In this document: positions 1-13,116 of the stretch, piece after piece | Layout of the letters: each line of letters opens with the position of its first letter | Position numbering within the stretch: position 1 is the first letter of the stretch | Source: an uncultured Pseudomonadota bacterium | Lineage (GTDB): Bacteria > Myxococcota_A > Polyangia > Fen-1088 | NCBI GenBank assembly: GCA_963774325.1 | Contig: CAVZEF010000006.1 | Span: forward strand, 1,214,003-1,278,002 | DNA: 64,000 nt | Direction of reading: 5' to 3' | Notes under the pieces: model-generated | What the model was told of the DNA's origin: nothing | Databases searched by the model: none | The model's input: only the letters and a program-made list of their open reading frames with translations | Position numbers and translations under genes: made by a program

Positions 1-3670
<3,670 letters not shown>

Positions 3671-3910
3671 CGCTCCTTCATCGTTTCTCCCCCCGATGCG
3701 CCCGCCGACATGACGGAGCGTGAGCATTCAAGGGACAGCACCCGTGGGCACGATCAGATGAGGCTCGCGGCCGATTAGATACCTCACCGTACACTTCGGC
3801 AAGGAACAAAAAGGATCTGCGATGGGTGATCAGCCGTGGGCAATGCGCGTCGTGCTGGAGTGCGCGGATGCGCCGCTTGGCTGCCGGGCCAAGCTGCATG
3901 CCATCTGGAA

Positions 3911-4318
3911 CTATTCCACGAGCCCCAGAGTCCGCTGGAGATTCCGGTACGCCTTCAGCTCGATCACGTTTCCACTTGGGTCGTGTAAGTAGAGCTTCCC
4001 CTGCTCGTCTTCCGTTCCCGCAAACTTGATCGCAGGGGGTTCGATGACGCCCACACCCGAGCTCTCGATCCGCGCGGCTTCTCGTTCCCACTCGGCCCAA
4101 GGAAGAATGACACCGAAGTGGCGGCTCCCTTGTTTGGCCAAAGGCAGGACGTCCTCCGGCCCCCGGTGAAGCGTGATCTGGTGCCCCCAGAGGAGGATGT
4201 CCAGCCACTCCTCATTCTCTCGCCCCACGGTGGCACCGAGCACGTCGACGTAGAACTCCTTCGCGCTCGTCAGATCAGACACCGGGATCGAGAGATGAAA
4301 GATGTACCGGTTCGTCAT
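3911..4318 (-). CDS. VOC/glyoxalase-bleomycin-resistance family protein
   Basis: Translation MTNRYIFHLSIPVSDLTSAKEFYVDVLGA...HDPSGNVIELK is a typical VOC fold. Start taken at the internal ATG of ORF 3911..4351. Confidence 0.7.
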   Translation of the reverse strand: MTNRYIFHLSIPVSDLTSAKEFYVDVLGATVGRENEEWLDILLWGHQITLHRGPEDVLPLAKQGSRHFGVILPWAEWEREAARIESSGVGVIEPPAIKFAGTEDEQGKLYLHDPSGNVIELKAYRNLQRTLGLVE

Positions 4319-4405
4319 TGTCGACCTCTGGATAGAACCTGGAGCCTGCACCGCTCATGATCCGGTCGAACGTCTTGCGGCTACCCAGCCACCCCGTAGA
4401 GCGCA

Positions 4406-4567
4406 TCAGCGTACTCTGCCGCGGTCCTCGACGCGGACCACTCCTGCCCGTTTCAGCTCGCGAACATGCCGCACCATCTCCGTCATCGGGATGCGCTTGG
4501 ACCCGAAGGACCGGACGAGAGTGTCGTCGACATCTACATACGCGACCACTTGCCCCGTGTCGGTCAT
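4406..4567 (-). CDS. Small hypothetical protein (54 aa) with a HAD-motif-I-like DVDDT. It may be a fragment.
   Basis: ATG overlaps the upstream stop (ATGA) at 4564-4567, suggesting translational coupling with the membrane protein. Local GC is lower. Confidence 0.3.
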   Translation of the reverse strand: MTDTGQVVAYVDVDDTLVRSFGSKRIPMTEMVRHVRELKRAGVVRVEDRGRVR

Positions 4568-4947
4568 CGCAGCTCCACCTGCTGCGCGGTCGCTGCCGAA
4601 GATGCTTCGATGTACACGGCGTACTTGCGACGAAGCCTCCAACCAAAGATCATCCAACCGAACCAGATCGCCGCGGCGAGGGCGTAAGTCACGGGCGCAG
4701 GCTTCTCGCCGTACAAGCCGAGTGCCTCGAGGCCGAAATAGAGTGGGAAGATCGGAGCCGTCGTCCAGAACAGGAACGATGCCGCATACGGCGACTTTCG
4801 CCGATACAGGACAAAAAGCACCGCCGATTCAACGGTGGCAGACAGGCTCAGAACGCGAATATTGCCGCGGCTCATCTCGTAGATGGTTGTGGCGCAGTTC
4901 AGCACCAGAAGTGTTGGACACAAGCGCGACAAGGGATTGTTGTTCAT
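4564..4947 (-). CDS. Hypothetical integral membrane protein (3-4 predicted TM helices)
   Basis: ORF 4564..4947 has hydrophobic stretches (LFVLY, FLFWTTAPIFPLYFGL, ALAAAIWFGWMIFGW). It sits in a low-GC pocket. Confidence 0.45.
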   Translation of the reverse strand: MNNNPLSRLCPTLLVLNCATTIYEMSRGNIRVLSLSATVESAVLFVLYRRKSPYAASFLFWTTAPIFPLYFGLEALGLYGEKPAPVTYALAAAIWFGWMIFGWRLRRKYAVYIEASSAATAQQVELR

Positions 4948-5117
4948 GGCTCTGGTTGTGGCGACGAGTCCGGCCGACGATACCTCGGCTCAGCGGCGCG
5001 GCGAAGCCCCCTCCCCTGCGACGGCGGGTTGGTCGGCCTTCCGCGCCGCCTCCTCCAGCGCCTGGACCACCTTCGTCCGTTTGGATTCTCGGCACAGATC
5101 GGCGGGGAGGCGCTCAC

Positions 5118-7055
5118 TCAGAGCACGGCGCTGTCCAGGATGTGATTGATCGCCATCTGCAGGCCGTCGAGCGTCTGCGTCGTCCCCGCCGGCCAGTCGC
5201 GCGTGTTGATGACGTAGGCCCAGTCGACGTCGTCGCCGCGGGACTGCGCCCAGGACGATGCGCCCGGCGTGCTGCCGGCGCGCGCGCCCGGAGCGCGCCG
5301 CCCGTTGCCCCAGACCGCGTGGCGGTGGATGAACTGCACCATCGCCATCGCCGACGCGCCCGTGCCGTCGTTGGGCGCGCCGACTTCGTTGATCTCGCCG
5401 TCGCCGCCGTACACCGACGGCACCAGCAGCGGCGACGTCAGCTCGAGAGGGCTCAGACCCAGCCCCTGGTCCTCGGCGATCGCCTCGTCGTCGGTGCGCC
5501 CCGCCGGTCGCGTCGAGATCACGCGCACCTGGGTGATGTCGGCGGGCGCCAGCAACGTCTGGCGCACATAGGTGAAGTACGGCGTGCCGGTCACGCGCTC
5601 GACCGCCGCGCCCGCCAGCAGGTAGCCGTAGTTCGAGTACTGGCTCTTTGCCCCCGGCGCGAAGTCGAGCGGGCGCCCGTACATGTACTTCGCGATCTCC
5701 AGCTTGGTCACTGGTTGCCCGAGCCCCAGCGCGAGCGCGATCGTGCGCATGCTGTACGTGGGATCGAAGCCCGATCCCGTGGGCGAATCGTCGTAGCCCG
5801 CCGTGTGGTCGAGGAGCTGCTGCACGGTGATGGTGTCGCTGCGCGGGTCGGCCGGGCGCGAAAACCCGAGCAGCGGATAGACCGCCGTCGTCGGTTTGAG
5901 CTTGCCCGCGTCGTAGAGCGATTGCACCGCCGCCGCCAGGAACATCTTGCTGCAGCTCGCGAGCAAGAACCGATCGCTCACCTTGGTCACGCGATAGCCC
6001 GGCTCCGCCCACGTGTACGCGCGCGCGAGCTCGAGCGCGCCGTTCTTGCCGACGGCGACCTGGGCGGCGCGCACGCCGTTCTCTTTCATGAAGGCTTGCA
6101 TCGCGTGGTCGAGCGCCGCCAGCGCCGGCACCGGCGTCCCCTCGACCGTCCAGTGGCGCGGCGACGGGACGTCCTGCTTCGCGAAGATCGCGGCGTAGCG
6201 CGTGTCGCCGCCCGCCCCGCCGCCCTGCACGCAGATCGGGTAGAAACCCTGCGCGCTCTGGATGTCGAATTCCTTCTGGTAGTCCGCCGCGGTCAGGCCG
6301 TGCCGCGCGACCCACGGGCCCACGACGTCGTCCTTGAACACCGAGCAGTAGTTCTGATCTCCGGAGAGCGCGACGTAGGCCAGCCGATACCCGGCGAGCC
6401 GATGGCCGGGCAGCTGCGTCTCAGCGTCGAACGTCGTCTGGTAGGCGGCCGCGGTGTCGGCCGCGTGCACGTGCCATTTGACGTAGTTGGGGTTCGCCTG
6501 CCAGACCGCCGCGTAGCGCTGGTCGCCGGCGGTGCCGTAGATCGCCACCGAGCGCAGCACCAGGCGCGCATCCGCCGCCGCGCGGTTCTGATACTGGAAG
6601 GTTCCGACCTGGGTCGGCAGCCCCGACGTCAATCCATGTCGCGCCACCCAGGGGCCCGCGACCCCTTGCTCGAACACCGCCGCGAAGATCGCATTGGCGC
6701 TGGCGCCGGTCGCCGACACCAGCACCGGCGCGTAGCCTTGCGCCGTGTGCGTGTTGAAGAAGGTCTGATACCCCGCGGCGTCGACGCCGTGAACGGCGAC
6801 CCACGCCGGCCCCGAGCGCACGACCCATACCGCCGCGTAGCGCGCATCCCCCGGCTCCCCGTAGACGCTGAGCGAGATCATTCGATAGCCCAGCCCGGAC
6901 AGCTTGTTGAAGCTCGCCTGATGCTCCGCCCCGGTCACCCCGTGATACGCCTGCACCGCCATCGTCGCCCCTCCCTCGAATCCCAACGCCACGCCCGTCG
7001 CGAGCCCGGCGCGGCAGGACACTAAACGAGGAAGGTACGCCGATCTTCCCGGCAA
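5118..7055 (-). CDS. Beta-lactamase-family serine hydrolase (SxxK motif SCSK) with four N-terminal ~55-aa repeats
   Basis: The C-terminal half reads ...DRFLLASCSKMFLAAAVQSLYDAG... (class C / EstB-like). The N-terminus has four repeats of the form YAAVW...PWVARHG...YQ..F...GY.P. Confidence 0.75.
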   Translation of the reverse strand: MPGRSAYLPRLVSCRAGLATGVALGFEGGATMAVQAYHGVTGAEHQASFNKLSGLGYRMISLSVYGEPGDARYAAVWVVRSGPAWVAVHGVDAAGYQTFFNTHTAQGYAPVLVSATGASANAIFAAVFEQGVAGPWVARHGLTSGLPTQVGTFQYQNRAAADARLVLRSVAIYGTAGDQRYAAVWQANPNYVKWHVHAADTAAAYQTTFDAETQLPGHRLAGYRLAYVALSGDQNYCSVFKDDVVGPWVARHGLTAADYQKEFDIQSAQGFYPICVQGGGAGGDTRYAAIFAKQDVPSPRHWTVEGTPVPALAALDHAMQAFMKENGVRAAQVAVGKNGALELARAYTWAEPGYRVTKVSDRFLLASCSKMFLAAAVQSLYDAGKLKPTTAVYPLLGFSRPADPRSDTITVQQLLDHTAGYDDSPTGSGFDPTYSMRTIALALGLGQPVTKLEIAKYMYGRPLDFAPGAKSQYSNYGYLLAGAAVERVTGTPYFTYVRQTLLAPADITQVRVISTRPAGRTDDEAIAEDQGLGLSPLELTSPLLVPSVYGGDGEINEVGAPNDGTGASAMAMVQFIHRHAVWGNGRRAPGARAGSTPGASSWAQSRGDDVDWAYVINTRDWPAGTTQTLDGLQMAINHILDSAVL

Positions 7056-7086
7056 GGCGCGAAGAACTCTCGCGCTTTGACCAGGC

Positions 7087-7908
7087 TCATGGAACGGGGA
7101 GAACGTCGATGACGACGCCGGCCTTCGAGGAGAGCAGCGTCACGGGATCGAGAACGATGACCTCCAGTTTGGCTGGACCTGGATCCGTTGCGCGGAACAC
7201 GACCGACGACTTCCGGTAGTCGATCGGGTCGAGCATCGGCCAGCTCGCCGGCCGAACATCGATCGTAGGGTTGTGAGCCAGGACGTCCTTCGGAACGTGA
7301 ACCTGCACTTCGAACGTGTCGCCCACCCGGACGGGACTCTTCGAGACCTCGATGCTCGCAATCCTGGGTACACGAGACGCAATATCGGGAACGAGGTGGG
7401 CGGCCAGAAAGGACTGAATGCGCCGGGCGAGCGGCATCACCTTGGGACCCCGGCGATGATTGTTCAGCGACACACACACATTTCGAAAGACCCAAAGAAT
7501 GTCGCCACCGTCGTGAGACTCGAACTCGACCGCCAGCTCGCCCACCTTCTCGAGCGCAAGAGCCATGTGATGCTTCTCGGTCGTCGTGTTCATGGCATTT
7601 TCGATCAGCCGCGCCCGGGCACCGGCGGGTCCGGTTCCCAAGACGTAAATCTCGACAGTGATCGAGTCGGCGCGACGCTGCCAGTCCCAGGTGGCCAACC
7701 CGACTCCCGACTCGAAAGGAAGGGCGTCGTGCTGGAGCAGGCGGAACCCCTGTAGATCCTCTGACAGGACTGACGTCAGAAGGCGCCAGTCGGCGAGAAC
7801 CCCGTCAGTCGCATCGAGCCCGCCCAGGGCGTCGATACCAACCAGCGCCTTGAAGTCCGTGACCTTCGCATCGGGGTCATACTCGTTCGAATCGTCACCT
7901 TCAGTCAT
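7087..7908 (-). CDS. Hypothetical protein (273 aa), downstream partner of the transglutaminase-like protein
   Basis: Start MTEGDDSNEY sits at an ATGA overlap (7905-7908) with the upstream gene stop. GC is ~60% against ~70% in the flanks. No recognisable motif. Confidence 0.55.
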   Translation of the reverse strand: MTEGDDSNEYDPDAKVTDFKALVGIDALGGLDATDGVLADWRLLTSVLSEDLQGFRLLQHDALPFESGVGLATWDWQRRADSITVEIYVLGTGPAGARARLIENAMNTTTEKHHMALALEKVGELAVEFESHDGGDILWVFRNVCVSLNNHRRGPKVMPLARRIQSFLAAHLVPDIASRVPRIASIEVSKSPVRVGDTFEVQVHVPKDVLAHNPTIDVRPASWPMLDPIDYRKSSVVFRATDPGPAKLEVIVLDPVTLLSSKAGVVIDVLPVP

Positions 7909-9068
7909 TTGACGACGAGAACTCCAATCTCCGGTTGCACGTCCTCCGGACGCCCGGGTCGACACCAGCGCTCGTACAGGGATGGCGTATCATCGATGCT
8001 GTCGGCCAGGTACTCTGGAACCGTTTCGGTCGCGAGGTGAGGCTTCGCACACGCATCGACAGCCTTCGCACCGTAGGTGACGGCAAATGCGTGATTGCCG
8101 AACGCGGTTCGCCTCACTGAATCGGGCGGCACCAACCTCAACGATTCATCGTCCCTGAAAAATGGATTGTTACACAGCCCAACACCCACCAGATTCGTGG
8201 GTCGAATGTACCCAAAAGGCTTGAGAAACAGCCACGCGGAAACAACGCCGACGGCGCCCGCCAGTGCTTGAACGGCCGCAGCCTGGTCGTAGCAGTTACA
8301 GACAGCGCTCCGCCTCAACATGTAGAGCCCCAGATTGAAAGTACCGCCACGAGCGTTCACGCCGTATTTAGCGGCACCACTATCTGTCTCGTAACGGAGC
8401 CCGTGCCCGCTGTGGCAGTAGGCGGCGATGGTCGCCATCACCGCCCATCGATTGTTCCCGGTCACACCGACATGCCCGAAAAGAAATCGGAGCACCTCGG
8501 CCCATACGCCGTACTTCCGGTACGGCACACTCGGGATGGCCAGGATGAAGTAGATCTCGGCGAACGTCGTGCCCAGGCTGGCGCTGATCGGAGTTGCCTC
8601 CACGTCCAGGCGCCACGCGATGCGTCCGCGGCAAGCGCGCAGCTCCTCGGGGGGATTCGCAATGCGGGCGCGGACCGTGTGTTCGCCGGCGCTCGAGGGG
8701 CAAGTGCCCTCGATCGACACGCCCGAAAGCGTGCCGACCAGGCGCGCCTCTCCGCTGACGTTCCGGGACTTGGTGATCCTCAACTTCACCTCGACGGCGT
8801 AGGGACCGCCGAGGCCTCCAGCGAGGAACACCGCCGGGCGCTTCGAATAAGGGTCGACCGGCAGGTGCAATAGCCTGGCGATCCGATTCCAGACGTCCTC
8901 GATCGCGTGCTCTTTCCCTATTTCCCAGTGCGGCCCCTCGACGGTCGTCCGACCGCGACTGACCTTGATCCCTGACTTGAAGGTGATCGACACCAGCTCG
9001 GCGGCGAGCTCCGCGTCCGGCGGCGGCGTCGCCGCCGGCACGACCGCGACGGGCTCACCGACCTGCAC
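7905..9068 (-). CDS. Hypothetical protein with a putative transglutaminase-like / papain-fold Cys-His-Asp core
   Basis: The C-terminal region reads ...SAVCNCYDQAAAVQALAGAVGV...(60 aa)...GNHAFAVTYGAKAVDAC. This resembles the TGc consensus C..FA...L....GIP...HAW.EVY...W..D. GC is low. Confidence 0.5.
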   Translation of the reverse strand: MQVGEPVAVVPAATPPPDAELAAELVSITFKSGIKVSRGRTTVEGPHWEIGKEHAIEDVWNRIARLLHLPVDPYSKRPAVFLAGGLGGPYAVEVKLRITKSRNVSGEARLVGTLSGVSIEGTCPSSAGEHTVRARIANPPEELRACRGRIAWRLDVEATPISASLGTTFAEIYFILAIPSVPYRKYGVWAEVLRFLFGHVGVTGNNRWAVMATIAAYCHSGHGLRYETDSGAAKYGVNARGGTFNLGLYMLRRSAVCNCYDQAAAVQALAGAVGVVSAWLFLKPFGYIRPTNLVGVGLCNNPFFRDDESLRLVPPDSVRRTAFGNHAFAVTYGAKAVDACAKPHLATETVPEYLADSIDDTPSLYERWCRPGRPEDVQPEIGVLVVK

Positions 9069-9147
9069 GACGGCGCTCCGGATGTGTCAACCCACGCACG
9101 GCTGACTTATCGCCGGAGCGCGAGGAAAGTTGCGTGCGGGCGCAACG

Positions 9148-11865
9148 CTAGTACGTATCGTGGATCGACGTCGCCTTCACGCGCGGCACCGGGCCGGTCC
9201 ACTCGACGGTGACGGCCTCGCCGGGGAGCAGATCGAAGTAGTTGTCCGAGAACATCTCCTCGCGCCGCGACGGCGCCGGATCGGCGTCGAGGTGCACCGC
9301 GCGCGCCAGGCGCCGCGCCGCGACCCGCACCGACGCACCCACGGTCGCGCCCGCGGGGTGCGGCGTCGACCGTGACCGACAGCTCGGGATCGGGCAGCAC
9401 CAGGTCCTTGGTCTTCTCGAAGTAGTAGAAGCCGCGCGCCAGCCGTTCGCCGTCCGGCGACGCCAGCTCCGCCACCAGCACGACGTGCGCGGGATTGGCG
9501 CCCTGCAACGCCGCCGCGCGCGGCCAGCTCGACAGCACCGCGCTCGCGTTCGGCGCCAGCGTGACGTCGCTGGCCTTGCGCCACAGCTCGCGCCCGTCGA
9601 AGTCGACCAGCCGCAACGTCAGCTGCGCGCGCGTCGGCGCGCGCAGATCGGAGACGCCGTAAACGCGAATCTCGCCGCTCTCCTCGACGGGGCTGAGCAG
9701 GATCGGCGCGAAGAAGCGCCGCGCGGCGTAGTGCAGCGCCTTCCAGCGGCCGAAGTAGTCGATGCCGGACCACGACGCCACCGGCCAGCAGTCGTCGAGC
9801 TGCCAGTACAGGCTGCCCTGGTTGTACGGCATGCGCCGGCGGTGCGCCTCGGCGGCGTAGCTGATCACCGTCGCCTGCAGCACCTGGCTCATGTACAGGA
9901 ACGACGCGAAGTCCTTCGGCTTGCGAAAGTCGCGGTCCATGTACGTGCGCACCAGCGGATTGCCGCGCGGGTGGCGCTGGTGCGACGAGCATGACCGGCG
10001 ACTCGATGTCGTAGTCGGCCGGCGTCGCGTAGCGCGCGACGCTGGCGAGCTCGGGGAACGACTGAAAGCCGTACTCGCTCATGAAGCGCGACGTGTTCGG
10101 GCCGTAGTCGCTGTACGGCGCCTCGGCGTGCCAGACGCCCCAGTAGTGCATGTCGCCGTAGCCGACCTTGTTGGCTGCGATCTTGTCGTCGTTGGCGCTG
10201 GGTGAGCTGCGCGTGTAAAAGCGGCCGGGGTCTTCCTCGGCGACGACCTTGGGCAGCACGTCGTAAAAGACGCGCTTGTACGCGCGCCAGATCTTGTCCT
10301 GCGCCGCCTTGTCGAGGTGGAACTTCTCCTGCCAGCCCCACCCCTTCCAGGCGACCTCCATCTCGTTGTTGCCGGCCCACAGCGCCAGGCTGGGATGGTT
10401 GCGCAGGCGGCGCACGTTCTCGATCGCCTCCTGGCGGACGTTCTCGATGAACGGCGCGTCGCCGGGATACATGCTGCAGGCGAACATGAAGTCCTGCCAC
10501 ACCAGGATCCCCAGCTCGTCGCAGAGGTCGTAGAAGCGATCGTCCTCGTAGATGCCGCCGCCCCAGACGCGCAGCATGTTCATGTGCGCGTCGGCGGCCG
10601 ACTGCACCAGGAAGCGATAGCGCTCCGGCGTCACGCGATCGAGGAAGCTGTCCGACGGGATGTAGTTCGCGCCCTTCATGAACACGGGCGCGCCGTTGAC
10701 CTCGACGGTGAAGCTCTTGCCGTCCTTGTCGCCGCGATGGACGACCTCGAGCGTGCGCAGGCCGACGCGCACCGAGCGCGTGTCGCGCACGATGCCGGCG
10801 ACCGACAGCTCGGCCGCGATGGTGTAAAGACGCGCCGGGCCGAGCCCGTTCGGCCACCAGCGCTCGGGCCGATCGATCGCGAGGTCGACCTCGATCGCGT
10901 TGCGGCCCGCCTTCAGCGTCGCGCCCGCCTCGGCCAGCGCGCGCGCCGCCCGCCAGCGACAGGCGCAGCTGCGCGCGGCCCGCGTGCGACGCCATCACGG
11001 TGGTGGTCACGCGCAGCGTCGCGCGCGCATCGGTGAGCGACGTCTGCAACGCGTGCACGTCGTCGATGCGCGCCGCGTCCCAGGCCTCGAGCCGCACCGG
11101 GCGCCAGACGCCGCTGGTCACGAAGCGCGGGCCCCAGTCCCAGCCGTAGTGATACGGCGCCTTGCGCGTGTACATGCTCACCATCGGCGTGGCCTGGTCG
11201 TTGCTGGCCGGAAGGATGTAGCCGAGCCGCTCGTACGCCGGCATCACGTGCTCGATCGGTGAGCGAAACCGAACCAGCAGCGTGTTCTCCCCCTTGTGCA
11301 GGTGCGATTTCACGGCGACGCGCCACGACCGGAACATGTTGTCGGCGCTCAGCACCGACGCGCCGTTGACGAAGACCTCGGCGTAGGTGTCGAGGCCCAG
11401 GAAGTCGAGCTCGATCCGCTCGCGCGCGAGGAGCGCGTCGTCAGCGACGAACGTCGTGCGGTACTCCCAGTCTTCCTTGTCGATCCACTGCTGGTCTTTC
11501 TCGTTCGTGCCGACGAACGGGTCGGCGATCTTGTGGTTCGCGAGCAGATCGGTGTGCACGCAGCCCGGCACCGTCGCCGGCAGCCAGCCGCTGGCGTCGG
11601 CGTGCGCGTGGGCGTCGGCGTGCGCGTGCGCGTGGGCGTCGACATCGGCGGCCGGTTTCCCCCCGTGCGGCGCCTGGCGGAACGTCCAGGGCCCGTGCAG
11701 CTCGGTCGAAAGGCGCGCCTCGGAGGTCGCCGCCGCCGCCGCCGCGCTGGCAGGGAACGCCGCTCCGACGTCACCCGGGGCGCCCAAGCTCATCCCGACC
11801 ATGACACCAGCCGCCAGGAGCCGCGTCGTCGGTGGAACCCCCGATCGCTCCATCGTCTGCGACAC
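9148..11865 (-). pseudogene. Glycoside hydrolase family 2 beta-mannosidase, interrupted by at least 4 frameshifts
   Basis: Four ORF pieces (9889..11865, 9177..10790, 9107..9952, 9148..9342) together reconstruct one beta-mannosidase. Residues seen include WGGGIYEDD, NEMEVAW, VRTYMDRDFRKPKDF and a C-terminus ...VTVEWTGPVPRVKATSIHDTY. Each piece decays into R/G-rich nonsense at a frame switch. Confidence 0.7.
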
Positions 11866-11992
11866 GCGGCGGAGAATGGCAGAAGGCGCCGCGGTGATCC
11901 ATCGGACAGATCAGCCTGGCAACGGCCCCCGCGTGCGCATTCTATTTGACGACCGCCGACCGAGGGCGCTAGCCTCAGCCTGTCTTCGTCAC

Positions 11993-12064
11993 GGGCGTTT
12001 AACTCAGCGGAAGAGTGCGACCTTCACACGGTCGAAGTCGCAGGTTCAATCCCTGCAACGCCCA
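11993..12064 (+). tRNA. tRNA-Val (anticodon CAC)
   Basis: The sequence folds as a cloverleaf: acceptor GGGCGTT/AACGCCC; D stem ACTC/GAGT; anticodon stem CGACC/GGTCG with loop TTCACAC; T arm GCAGG-TTCAATC-CCTGC; discriminator A. No CCA is encoded. Confidence 0.8.
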
Positions 12065-12070
12065 CAAAAA

Positions 12071-12104
12071 GGCGGCGGAATCGCAGATTCCTGCCGCCTT
12101 TTTC
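12071..12104 (+). terminator. Rho-independent terminator immediately 3' of tRNA-Val
   Basis: Stem GGCGGCGGAATC...GATTCCTGCCGCC (one bulge) followed by TTTTT. Confidence 0.65.
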
Positions 12105-12109
12105 TTGGC

Positions 12110-12481
12110 TGGGTACCGAATGTGCCTGTGCCTGTGGTGCTGACGCCCGCCGAGGTCGTGACCCTCCTGGCGGGCTTGACTGGGCCCACCGCCCTCGTGG
12201 GTTCCTTTACGGCGCCGGCCTGCGCCTGCTCGAGGCGCTTCGATTCCGCGTCAAGGACGTCGATTCCGAGCGGCGCGAGATCATTGTCCGGCGCGGAAGG
12301 GCCAGAAGGATCGGCACACCGAGCCGCCGTCGCCGCCAGAATTCCCAAGCACCTCACGCCCCATACGCTCCGCCACTCCTTCGCGACGCACCTCTTGGAA
12401 TCCGGCTACGACATCCGCACGATCCAAGAGCTCCTCGGTCACAAGGACGTCAGCACCACGATGATCTACCCCACGTCTTGA
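12110..12481 (+). pseudogene. Tyrosine recombinase (IntI/XerD-like integrase) remnant. The N-terminal half is missing, and it has an internal frameshift or deletion and a truncated C-terminus.
   Basis: The frame ending at 12481 reads ...[43 protein letters not shown]. An upstream frame reads ..[30 protein letters not shown](K)GQKDRHT... with one missing base. The R..H..Y C-terminal catalytic motifs are present but the gene is clearly not intact. Confidence 0.6.
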
Positions 12482-12704
12482 ATCGAGGCGCCGGTGGCAT
12501 TCGCAGCCCCCTCGATCGCTGACCAGCCTGCGACCTCTCGGCATACCTCTCGCGGCCCTGGCCGCGGCCCTTATCGAATCATTCAGCGAGGCCCTGCCTC
12601 GCAAGCCCGCGAGATCGCGCTGGAGCGGTGCTCGAGGCGACCTGGACATGCTGTGGCCAAGGATTATCCAACTGTGGAGAATACGAGTTATCCGGACGGG
12701 CGGC

Positions 12705-13037
12705 ATGCGATACGAAGTGCTTTCGGGCGATACCGAGATCGGCTGGTCCGAACTCGAGTTCGGTGACCCTCCAATGGGCGTCGCCCACGGTCGATTCCAT
12801 CCGTCCAAGTTCTATCGTTCCTCTAGCCACGCAGGCCCCAACAGAGACCTGCGGGCGCGTCCGGAGGGAAGCGGGGAGTTCTTCCAGCCCAGCGGCGGCG
12901 TGTTCATCGAGGATCTATCTGCCGACTTTGGACCCGAGGGAGTCGAGGTCAGCGTTCTCGGCGTAGACGGCGCGACCTACCTTCGGTTCTTCCCCCACCA
13001 CGTAAAGACCTACGAGGATCAGTTCCGCTCCAAGTGA
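12705..13037 (+). CDS. Cassette ORF 1: small hypothetical protein, immunity-protein-like
   Basis: Translation MRYEVLSGDTEIGWSELEFGDPPMGVAHGRF...YLRFFPHHVKTYEDQFRSK. It is preceded by a GTTATCC box at ~12687 and followed by an attC-like site. Confidence 0.5.
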   Translation: MRYEVLSGDTEIGWSELEFGDPPMGVAHGRFHPSKFYRSSSHAGPNRDLRARPEGSGEFFQPSGGVFIEDLSADFGPEGVEVSVLGVDGATYLRFFPHHVKTYEDQFRSK

Positions 13038-13042
13038 TCGCC

Positions 13043-13098
13043 GGCTAACATGGCGTTGCAGCGGTCGATCATCGCCGCTGAACACCAAGACGTTCGAC
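13043..13098 (+). repeat. attC-like site 1 (56 nt)
   Basis: Layout: GGCTAAC, 3 nt, GCGTTGCAGCGG, spacer, CCGCTGAACAC, spacer, GTTCGAC. The arms pair with one unpaired G. The GTT box lies 19 nt before the next ATG. Confidence 0.55.
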
Positions 13099-13116
13099 GG
13101 ACCGGGAAGTGCCTCA

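Noticed and set aside
4275-4646. 123-aa - strand ORF overlapping the VOC gene N-terminus
   Set aside because: Arg-rich shadow-type composition; it overlaps two better-supported genes.
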